A stretch of DNA of 64,000 bases, taken from assembly GCA_008690995.1 (NCBI GenBank), contig VRMN01000004.1, positions 1-64,000 of the forward strand. The letters are read 5' to 3'. This document shows positions 52,346 to 60,850 of the stretch, in pieces (within the stretch, counting starts at the first letter, position 1; each line of letters opens with the position of its first letter). A model generated the notes under the pieces. The model worked only from the letters and a program-made list of their open reading frames with translations. It had not been told where the DNA came from and did not search any database. Both the position numbers and the translations under genes were made by a program. The DNA comes from Porphyridium purpureum. Lineage: Eukaryota.

Positions 52346-52557
52346 CGAAGGCACGACGTGGCTGTGTGGAGCGAGAGGCGGGGTGGGCAAGGAGCAGTGG
52401 CGGGTGGAACTTTGTCCGCAGTGGTTTCGAGTTCGTTCGGCTTAGGGGTTGGTCTGGACAGGCACGGCTCCTCGCGACCTGCCCCCCTTTCTCCCTCTTT
52501 GTGTCAGTTAGTAAGCGAGCGGAGCACTCGTTGTGCGCGGCTCGAGTCGTGTGCATC

Positions 52558-52731
52558 ATGAAGTCCGAAAAATTGTTTGTGAAGCTGGTGGGGAAATGGG
52601 ATAGGATCATGAGGAAGACTGCGCCCCCGGGCAGCGCCCTGGCGCGCGGCCGTAGCAAGCCCGTGGAAGTCGGCAAAATTCCACCTAATTGGCCTCACAT
52701 CCCGAAGAAAGGAAAATGGTATTTCATGTAA
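52558..52731 (+). CDS. Small basic hypothetical protein (57 aa)
   Basis: ATG-initiated MKSEKLFVKLVGKWDRIMRK...KKGKWYFM downstream of the telo-box cluster; no family recognised. Confidence 0.4.
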   Translation: MKSEKLFVKLVGKWDRIMRKTAPPGSALARGRSKPVEVGKIPPNWPHIPKKGKWYFM

Positions 52732-53057
52732 GCACAGCCGTCCATGCGCTCGGCCGGTGCATGGCTGGACGTCGCGTGCGTCGCGTGAGCACGGGTCTGG
52801 TCCGGAGTGACGGTGGTGAAGCATACCAGCTGTTACTGGGTCGAATATCAGGAGCTCGCCTGAGGTACCGGGATCATGCAACGACCGACGCGCTTGATCC
52901 AGCTACACGAGCAAAGTGAAGCATTGCGCTTTTCACTTCAGAGTATATAGCCGGCTTGCATACATGCGTGCATCCCAGCGTCTGCTTACCCGCGTGCGCG
53001 TGATGTGAAAAAGTAACCATGAAAGAACATAAAACGTTTACATCTTCGAAACCTGTT

Positions 53058-56000
53058 TCACAAGGTGGAGTCGGCGTCCACCTTCCTCTTCTTTGAAGCT
53101 GGCGACCCTTCTGGGAGATCACCAGCTTCAGACCCAGTCGCGCCATTACCAGCCGCCGCCGCCGCCGCCGCGGCCGCTGCAGCGGCTTCACGCTCTTTCT
53201 CTTTCCGTTTTTCTGCACCCTTGCGGCCGGCACGGCGACGCTTCTCAGACTGCTTCTCGAGCTCCAGAAGCTCCTCATTTTCCTTCTCCACCGCGCGGAT
53301 GAGCAAGTCCACGCGACGCTTGAGCTCGAGAGGAGTGCGAGATTTGATGTACCAGTCGTAGCGGAACTGCCATGCCTTGCGGGTCTCAAGCTTCAGCTCC
53401 TCCCAGCGGCCGTATCCGAGCTTCCACGTCTGACAGATAAGCCATCGGTCTTCGTCCTCTGTAAACGCCTTGCCGCGGTTGCCGGCGTAAACAACTTCGA
53501 GATCGCGCCATGGATCCTCGTACCGCTCGCACTTGCGCGCACAGGCGAGCTCGAGCTCTTCGCGTCGTACAATCTTGGCCTCACCTTCTTCGATGCTGCG
53601 CTTGATCTTGGCCCAGTTATCAAGGCAGGCAGGACCGCGCGTCCAAAAGGCTTGCGAGTAGGCCTTGACCTCGTCCAGCGTCTTGGACTCGCCAATCTCC
53701 TCTGCAATAGCCGCGAGGTTGTGCCGCCCGTTCCGTTCGCAGCCGCGCAAGAAAATGTGAAATTCGCGCCGATTCCAGTTGGGCATACCTTCCTCCAACA
53801 AAGCTGCGCGCTCTTCCTGTTCCTCCGGTGTCAAAATTTCTTCAACGACCGGCGGCTCCGGGGGCGCACGGTCTTCTTTTGCTGCCAACTCGGCATCCAG
53901 ATTATACTGCTCAATGACGGACTTTTCCTTTTCCCACAGCTCTTTGAGACGCTCCCCGTTGAAGAATTGAAAGTCCTGGTAGACTGGCTCACGCGGGATT
54001 TTGATGCGCTGCTTGGGCTTGTTCGGCGCGCGAGGCGCGCGCACAAAGCCGGGTGGTGGCTCATCGTACTGATTGCCGCGACGCTCACGCTTTCCGACGT
54101 CCAAAAAGAACAAGTCCTGCTCTTTGCCCGCCGCAGAGTTCGGACTGCCACCTTCAAAGTCGTAGATTGACTTGGGTGCATCAATCTCGCCCAACTTGAA
54201 TTGAGCAAGATTGAGCGCGTTTTGGTCTAGTTTGCCAAGTTCCTCGTTCCACTCGGCGGTCTTTGCCGCGCCACGTTCCAGAATCGAGTCGATCTCTTCC
54301 TCGCCGTACGTACCGTCATCCGTTTGCGTCTTAAAGAAGGTGTCCGCACCATACCGAATCATGTCCAGCACTTCGTCCTTGCCGAGGTTCTTCTTCTGAT
54401 CCGCAAGCCGACCCTGCTGAATGACAATCGTGTCAAGCCGAAGCTTTTGCATGGCCTTTTTCAGGATGCGCTCCTCCACAGAGTTCTCTGTCACCAGTCG
54501 GAAGACCTTGACGGGCTTCCTCTGTCCAATGCGGTGCGCGCGGTCCATCGCCTGCAAATCGACTTGCGGGTTCCAGTCCGAGTCGTACATGATAACCGTG
54601 TCAGCGGTGGCCAAGTTGATACCAAGTCCGCCAGCTCGTGTCGATAGCAAAAAGATAAACTTCTCCGAGTCTGGGCGATTGAATTCCTCGATCTGGGCGT
54701 CTCGCAGATCACCATCAGTAGAACCGTCGATGCGGCAGTACGGAAAGTTTCGCATCTGCGGGCAGCAATAGTCTTCAAGAATATCAAGCACGCGCGTCAT
54801 CTGGCAGAAAATGAGCACACGGTGGCCATTCGCGCGTAAGCGGGGCAGCAACTTGTCCAACAGCGCAAGCTTTCCACAGTTCGTCACGAGGTGATCGCCA
54901 AATGGGTCAAGCGCGCGGTCTTCTACACCGTCAAATAAGTACGGATGGTTGGAGCACTTGCGCAACTGCATGAGGATGTTGAGAAGGCGCACGCGGTCGC
55001 CACCCGTGCCATTGATGGCGTCAATGTCCTTTTTGAGCAGATTACGATACAGGTTGAGCTGCAAGGGCGCCAGCTTTGTAAACAAAACCGTCTCCGTCTT
55101 CGGCGGCAGGTCTGTGGCCACGTCTGACTTGAGTCGACGGATAAGAAACGGCTTGAGAACCGCGTGTAGCTGCTGTACAATCTCATCCTTAACCTGACCG
55201 GTGGCCGCGTTGCCCTCATCTCCGTCAACGCTCGCAAACCATGCGTCAAAGTCGTCCGCATTCGCAAACACGTCCGGCAGCAGGAAATTCAACAATGCCC
55301 AAAGCTCGTGCAAGTTATTCTGTAGCGGCGTGCCCGTGATTAGCAACCTATTTTGCGAGCTGAACACACGCACAACCTGCGACAGAATACTCTGCTCGTT
55401 CTTGATGCGGTGCGCTTCGTCAATGACCAGGTAGCGCCAGAAAAACTGCGACACTGCGCTTTTCTCCTTGATCACCATTTCGTAACTCGTTACCAGGACG
55501 TCGAACTTTTCTGCTTTCATCTGCGTCTCGATGATCGCCTTGCGGTCTTCCTGCGAGCCGATCAATTTGACCGCGCGAAGATCCGGGCACCAGCGGTTCA
55601 CCTCGCGAATCCAGTTGCCCAAGGTGCTCTTGGGCGCAATCACGAGATGCGGTCCTGACACTTGGCGAAAGTGCTTCAAATAAGCAAACATGGAGATGGT
55701 CTGAAGAGTCTTTCCAAGCCCCATTTCGTCGGCCAGAATCCCATTGATGCCGCGCTCGTACAGTCCAATCAAGAAGTTGAGACCTTCGACTTGATACGGT
55801 CGCATCACGCCTGTGATATTGGGCGGCTGCACCGAAAGTCGCGTCGTGCCTGCCTCATCGTCCTCGCCTCGCTCGGTTTTAAGCAGGATTTCGTCCTCCT
55901 CCTTCTCGGTCATGCGCCGCTTGGTGCCCGTCTTCACGTCGCCCAGGTCCACCTTGGGCTTGTTCATAAAGTGCTCAAAGATCTTTGACTGCGACAGCAA

Positions 56001-56354
56001 GTACTTCATTCTGTCTTTCATGGCAGCATCCGTCTCCTCCTTTGCCGCTCTGTTGAAAGAGCTCATTTGCTGCCGCTGAGCTGCCCGCAGCTCGGCCTGC
56101 ACGACAAACGCGTTGTTTTTCGACACCTTTTTCTTTGTCGGCGTGGCTTCGGGCGCCGCCGCGCTGCCTTTTCCCTCCTCGTCGACGGCACCTTCCTTTC
56201 CGTCCGCTGCGACATCAGGCGCGGCCGAGGCCACATCCGTGGCCACGGCGTCCTGCCCAGCCGGACCGGACTCTGGAACCACAGCCGCAGCCACTTCATC
56301 TCCTTCGGCTGGCGCCGCCGCTTGACTCGGCTGCGCACGTCCCTTGTCCACCAT
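53058..56354 (-). CDS. ISWI: ISWI-family SNF2 chromatin-remodelling ATPase
   Basis: GILADEMGLGKT, DEAH, TGTPLQNN, LSTRAGGLG, QAMDRAHRIGQ, then HAND-SANT-SLIDE (WNRREFHIF; FTEDEDRWL; IKSRTPLELKRR). Confidence 0.96.
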   Translation of the reverse strand: MVDKGRAQPSQAAAPAEGDEVAAAVVPESGPAGQDAVATDVASAAPDVAADGKEGAVDEEGKGSAAAPEATPTKKKVSKNNAFVVQAELRAAQRQQMSSFNRAAKEETDAAMKDRMKYLLSQSKIFEHFMNKPKVDLGDVKTGTKRRMTEKEEDEILLKTERGEDDEAGTTRLSVQPPNITGVMRPYQVEGLNFLIGLYERGINGILADEMGLGKTLQTISMFAYLKHFRQVSGPHLVIAPKSTLGNWIREVNRWCPDLRAVKLIGSQEDRKAIIETQMKAEKFDVLVTSYEMVIKEKSAVSQFFWRYLVIDEAHRIKNEQSILSQVVRVFSSQNRLLITGTPLQNNLHELWALLNFLLPDVFANADDFDAWFASVDGDEGNAATGQVKDEIVQQLHAVLKPFLIRRLKSDVATDLPPKTETVLFTKLAPLQLNLYRNLLKKDIDAINGTGGDRVRLLNILMQLRKCSNHPYLFDGVEDRALDPFGDHLVTNCGKLALLDKLLPRLRANGHRVLIFCQMTRVLDILEDYCCPQMRNFPYCRIDGSTDGDLRDAQIEEFNRPDSEKFIFLLSTRAGGLGINLATADTVIMYDSDWNPQVDLQAMDRAHRIGQRKPVKVFRLVTENSVEERILKKAMQKLRLDTIVIQQGRLADQKKNLGKDEVLDMIRYGADTFFKTQTDDGTYGEEEIDSILERGAAKTAEWNEELGKLDQNALNLAQFKLGEIDAPKSIYDFEGGSPNSAAGKEQDLFFLDVGKRERRGNQYDEPPPGFVRAPRAPNKPKQRIKIPREPVYQDFQFFNGERLKELWEKEKSVIEQYNLDAELAAKEDRAPPEPPVVEEILTPEEQEERAALLEEGMPNWNRREFHIFLRGCERNGRHNLAAIAEEIGESKTLDEVKAYSQAFWTRGPACLDNWAKIKRSIEEGEAKIVRREELELACARKCERYEDPWRDLEVVYAGNRGKAFTEDEDRWLICQTWKLGYGRWEELKLETRKAWQFRYDWYIKSRTPLELKRRVDLLIRAVEKENEELLELEKQSEKRRRAGRKGAEKRKEKEREAAAAAAAAAAAAGNGATGSEAGDLPEGSPASKKRKVDADSTL

Positions 56355-57029
56355 GCTTCCTCGCCACTTCTCTCGTTCACGTCCGCTTCCCTCACAACCC
56401 CTTCAAAACCCGCCTGACCGCTTGACCCCTGCGCGCGCACACACGCCAGACCACACTCGTTGTTCCCGCGTCTCCCGCCGCGCGCCCAGACACCACCAAC
56501 CACACACCTTGCGCCCGCCGAACAACCCAGCGACCGCCGCCGTCGCCTCCTTGTCTCAGCGCACAATGCAGGAGCCGCTCACGCCCGTTTCTGCCCTGCG
56601 CGCGCGCACGCCGCTGCCACGATTGGTCCGGAGCTGTTTCTCCCCTCGCCGCCCCGCTCCTCTCACACACCCACACCACCACCAACCTCCGCGCGGCACG
56701 CTCTTGCACCACGCTCGCGCGCCGCACGCCCACGCGCGTTCCGGTTTCGCGCGCGTTTTAATGGTCGGGGGTACAGTAGTGAGTGAAGCGAAGAAGGTTC
56801 AGTTGTGCGGATTGGGACTTGGCGTGCGCATCGGGTGAAGGAGCAGATGATGCGTGCGAAACATTTACGTGCAAGCGTTATGGCTATGGCCGCACATACT
56901 TCTATGCGGGTGACATCTTTGGAGAGAAAGCAAAAACAAGAACGGGTGACCCTTCACCGATAATTCCGATCGTCACCACCGCACGGCCTCCCCGTCAAGG
57001 ACCACGCGGGCAAGTGCCAGCTGCTTTGG

Positions 57030-59384
57030 TCACTTGGACGGGAACATGAAGTAGCACAGCAGCACACTCACGGGGCAAAGAATCAGTTGCAACGGAACGC
57101 CAAAGATGACCCAGTCCACAAACGTGTATCCTCCGGGCCCGTGCACCATCAAGTTGGTCTGGTAGCCGATGGGCGTGGAGAACGAACTGCTCGCAGCAAA
57201 CATCATCACGTACAGCGCAGCGTACGGGTTCATGTTTTGTGTGTAGATGATGCCTGTCTGAGGGTCCGCAATAATCGGGAAGAACAGCGACACGGCCGCG
57301 TTGTTGGTGATCACCGCTGATAGCATTGCAGTGCCCAGGTAGATTCCTAGGAGCAGTCCAACCTGGCTAAAGTCAAACACAGACACCATAAAGTTGGCAA
57401 ACTCCGAGGCTGCGCCAGTTCCGGACAGCCCTTCAGACACAGCAAAAGAACATGCTACCATCAGAAGCACGGGAATAGATACCGCCCTACCTGCTTCACT
57501 AAACGTAAGGCAGCCAAGAATCACCATACCAAACAGCGCAATCAAAGCGGTTGTGAACAACGGCAACAGGCCTGCTGTCGAAATGGCAATCATAAGAACA
57601 GCGAGCGTGCCGGCAATAATCATGTGCAGCAAATCAGAGCGCGGCGGTTGCGATTTGCTTACCTCTGAGACGAGTGCAAAGTTGTGATTGTGTTTGTTCA
57701 GCTCCACAAATTCTTCGCCGCACTCGATGAGCAACACGTCACCGGCACGCAACTCAATTGAGCCAATCTTCTCCACAACACGCTCGCCGTGCCGATGAAT
57801 TGCAATAATGGCCGCGTGATAGCGCGTGCGAAAATGCGACTCCTTGACAGTCATGCCCACCATACTACTCGACCCAGATAGAACCAACTCGACGAGACGA
57901 CGACGGTGGCGCTCCGCCTGAATCTTCTGTGTCTCCGCGGTTGCTGGCACGAGGCCAGGGATCAGATACAGCTCGCGCACGGTATCGACTACACCAGCAA
58001 ACAGGATCACGTCGCCGCCCTCTAGACGATGATCGGGTGGTGGCGCAGAGAAGGTTTCTCCATCTTCGCGCGTCAGTTGTACTAAAAAGAGACCTTCGAG
58101 CTGTCGCAGGCCAGCTTCTTGTATGGTTTCGCCAACGATGGGTGATTTGGATTCGACCTTTAAAGCGACCGTGTACTCGCGCGGGTTCTGCAGCACTTCA
58201 TTTGTGCCGCTCCTACGATCACGCAGCAGAAAGTGAGAGGCAATCAGCAAGTACAGGATACCTATCACGCAGTACGGCACACCGGCAGGAGAAATTCCAA
58301 AAATACCAAAGCTTAGAGGATTTCCCTCTTGGTCCTCGAGCTTTGCCTCCTGCGCCAGCCCTACCACAATGAGATTCGTCGAAGTTCCTAGCAAGGTCAC
58401 CGTCCCGCCAAGAATCGTGGCGTCGTTCATGGGCATCAGGATTTTAGACGCTGGAACGCCCGCCGTGCGGCACCACTGCTCTATGATTGGCACAAGCATA
58501 GCAACAACAGGCGTATTGTTCAGAAACGCGGACACCACGGCGACCGAAGCAAATAATCGTAGCTGCACCCAAAAGAGTTTGCTACCTTTGCCAAGCACGA
58601 CCCGGAAGAGCGGCCGAAGTAGCGATGTGCGCTGGATACCCTCAGCAACGGCAAACAGAATCGCCACCGTGCCCACCCCAACGTTGCCAAAGCCAATCAG
58701 AGCTTGCTGCGGGGTGATCACCGTGAATGCGAGCAGCACTGTCACGGCCGCGAGCATGACAATGTGTGTCGGATAGGAATTCTTGATCAGCAAGATAAGC
58801 ATGAGCAGCGTCACGCAAATCGCCATCCAGCCCTTCCAGTTCAAAGGGTCAAACGACAAGGTTCCCAACAGTACGAGTGCTATGACTGAGAAAACCAGCA
58901 GGAGGAGCACACCCCAGTGCTCCGTCAGCACATGCAAGACAGTCCATTTGGCTGCAGCGCCAAAGCCTTTCTCACGGTACACGGACCATGGCGTCTGCGG
59001 CGGCGGTACAAAGGTTCGTGCTGCGTGCTCTTCTGGGTTCTGCGGGAACGATGCCGAGTACGGTTCCATCGCTGGATCACTTGGCAAAGCGCCCAGGTTG
59101 GCGGACGTGTCCATCACGAGTCCGGCCCGTGATACGCTCTCGGCCGAGCCAGCGTCACTCGGGCGCGAGCGTGCGTCCGGGTGTAGCTCCTCGTAATCAA
59201 TGCCCAGCAAGTACAAGTCGAGTTCTGACCCTCGGCACATTCGAACAGGCGAGCCGTCACTCTGCTGGCTTTGTCGTCGGCGCTTGCTCAGCACCACATT
59301 TGAACCCGAGCGCGCCCGCGCGATATCTGCGGTGGAGTCGCCCTCCTCAGCGCCCACGGCGGACATGCTGGACGTCCCATCCAT
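57030..59384 (-). CDS. SLC13/SLT-type (SAC1-like) Na+/sulfate transporter with TrkA-C domains
   Basis: SAFLNNTPVVAML, GGTVTLLGTSTNL, two TrkA-C repeats (IVGETIQEAGLR; FRTRYHAAIIAIHR), ITNNAA, FSTPIGYQTNLMVHGPGGY. Confidence 0.92.
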   Translation of the reverse strand: MDGTSSMSAVGAEEGDSTADIARARSGSNVVLSKRRRQSQQSDGSPVRMCRGSELDLYLLGIDYEELHPDARSRPSDAGSAESVSRAGLVMDTSANLGALPSDPAMEPYSASFPQNPEEHAARTFVPPPQTPWSVYREKGFGAAAKWTVLHVLTEHWGVLLLLVFSVIALVLLGTLSFDPLNWKGWMAICVTLLMLILLIKNSYPTHIVMLAAVTVLLAFTVITPQQALIGFGNVGVGTVAILFAVAEGIQRTSLLRPLFRVVLGKGSKLFWVQLRLFASVAVVSAFLNNTPVVAMLVPIIEQWCRTAGVPASKILMPMNDATILGGTVTLLGTSTNLIVVGLAQEAKLEDQEGNPLSFGIFGISPAGVPYCVIGILYLLIASHFLLRDRRSGTNEVLQNPREYTVALKVESKSPIVGETIQEAGLRQLEGLFLVQLTREDGETFSAPPPDHRLEGGDVILFAGVVDTVRELYLIPGLVPATAETQKIQAERHRRRLVELVLSGSSSMVGMTVKESHFRTRYHAAIIAIHRHGERVVEKIGSIELRAGDVLLIECGEEFVELNKHNHNFALVSEVSKSQPPRSDLLHMIIAGTLAVLMIAISTAGLLPLFTTALIALFGMVILGCLTFSEAGRAVSIPVLLMVACSFAVSEGLSGTGAASEFANFMVSVFDFSQVGLLLGIYLGTAMLSAVITNNAAVSLFFPIIADPQTGIIYTQNMNPYAALYVMMFAASSSFSTPIGYQTNLMVHGPGGYTFVDWVIFGVPLQLILCPVSVLLCYFMFPSK

Positions 59385-59772
59385 CTCAGCCGCAGTACCA
59401 CCGCACTTGCCTCTGCACTCTATCCCACCTACCGCCGCACCAACCTTGCTTCTGCACCTGCCGCCGGCATGCGCAGACCATGCATGCCCTCGATTTTCCA
59501 CACCTGCCTTTGCTCGACGGCAGCGAACTTTGTACGCGTCTACAGCACGTCACGGTCCGAAATGACATGACATGACCAAGTGGGCGGGTTTCGTGGCGCG
59601 ACGAGACAAAGATGCCACGTGAGTGCGCGCGCGCGCGCGCGCGCCGTGTTGTCGCGCTACGTGTTGCTGCCAACCGCTCCGTGATGTGCGAAACGTGACC
59701 ACCGCACCGCGCATTCGCACCACGTGACCTGGCGCCAGCGCACGCCCCGCGACTGCACAAAAAGCGCGCGCG

Positions 59773-59894
59773 AGTACAGTGTCAAGTACAGCGTGAAGTA
59801 CAGTCAGTGAACATACCCTAGACCGGCGCAAACCCAGGCTCAGAGAAACCCTAATTCAATGCTTTCACGCATACGAACTGTACCGTGAGTACAG
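59773..59894. promoter_or_regulatory. GTACAG cluster plus telo-box
   Basis: AGTACAG at 59773, 59785 and 59797 (12-bp spacing), CTGTAC at 59878, GTACAG at 59889, AAACCCTAA at 59846. Confidence 0.55.
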
Positions 59895-60395
59895 CGAACT
59901 TTCCGTTTCCTTGGTGTCGATCTTGGGAAGGTACCTAGTGGAGGGGAGAGCAGTCTTGAGTTCGGACAAGCGCGACACTTGTTTTCGTCCTAAAGCTGGC
60001 GCATGCGCAGGTTTACGAATACAGCACTACGACGTATGATCCCTAATGCCCAGCGACGCTGACATCAGGGCGCCGCCGGGCCGCTGTGTGAAGAAGCGGC
60101 GTCGACAGATTACTTGGAGGTCTTGCTTTCGTCTAAGTTCTTGGCATCGAATTCTGTATCGTCGCGTCGAAGACGGCGTCAAGCAGTCACGTGAGCGCCA
60201 GGCAAGTCAGAAAAGGAAGGAGTTCACGATTTGTTAGTCCATGCCGCGACGCAAATTTTCTCTAACCAGGCGTGTCTCTGCACGGCACAATCAAAGTGCC
60301 TTCTAAGTATCAACCAAACACAGCGCCACCCAAAGATCGGCGGCAAGAATGTAGAACACAAGTCAATAGGGGCGGGCAAAGCGAAAAGGCAAAAA

Positions 60396-60665
60396 CTAGG
60401 ACAACGTACGATATCGGCCAGTCTCGGGCGACAAATGACCCTGCGCAATATTGTTGCGCATAAAGGATTCGGCATCATCCACATGCTGCATGAGCTCCTG
60501 CATCTTTTGCTCGTCAGTCACGTGCGCGTGCTCATAAAACTTTTTGCGGATTTCCTGCATCGCGACGCGCGACATGTCCACATCCGGGCCAAACGCTTTT
60601 TTCTGCGCGCGCACTAGTCTCCGGAACGCATGTCGCCCCTGCATCCCCTTCCCCGTGAGCGACAT
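60396..60665 (-). CDS. LYR-motif protein, LYRM7/Mzm1-like (complex III assembly factor)
   Basis: AFRRLVRAQKKAFGPD...EIRKKF...AESFMRNNIAQG fits the Mzm1/LYRM7 pattern. Confidence 0.75.
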   Translation of the reverse strand: MSLTGKGMQGRHAFRRLVRAQKKAFGPDVDMSRVAMQEIRKKFYEHAHVTDEQKMQELMQHVDDAESFMRNNIAQGHLSPETGRYRTLS

Positions 60666-60850
60666 ATCTGTCCCCCGCTCGCCCCTCCTCTTTCGCACCT
60701 CGGTCCCCGCCTCCTAACCTCAACACTAGGGGCTGTTGGTCCCGCGTACGAAGAAGACAGCCGCGTGTTGTCAAGTCCGCGCGAGGGATCGCATCGTGTT
60801 GATGATAGAGAAAGGGCGCGGACGCGTCAGCAGCCTCAGACCGCGATCGA

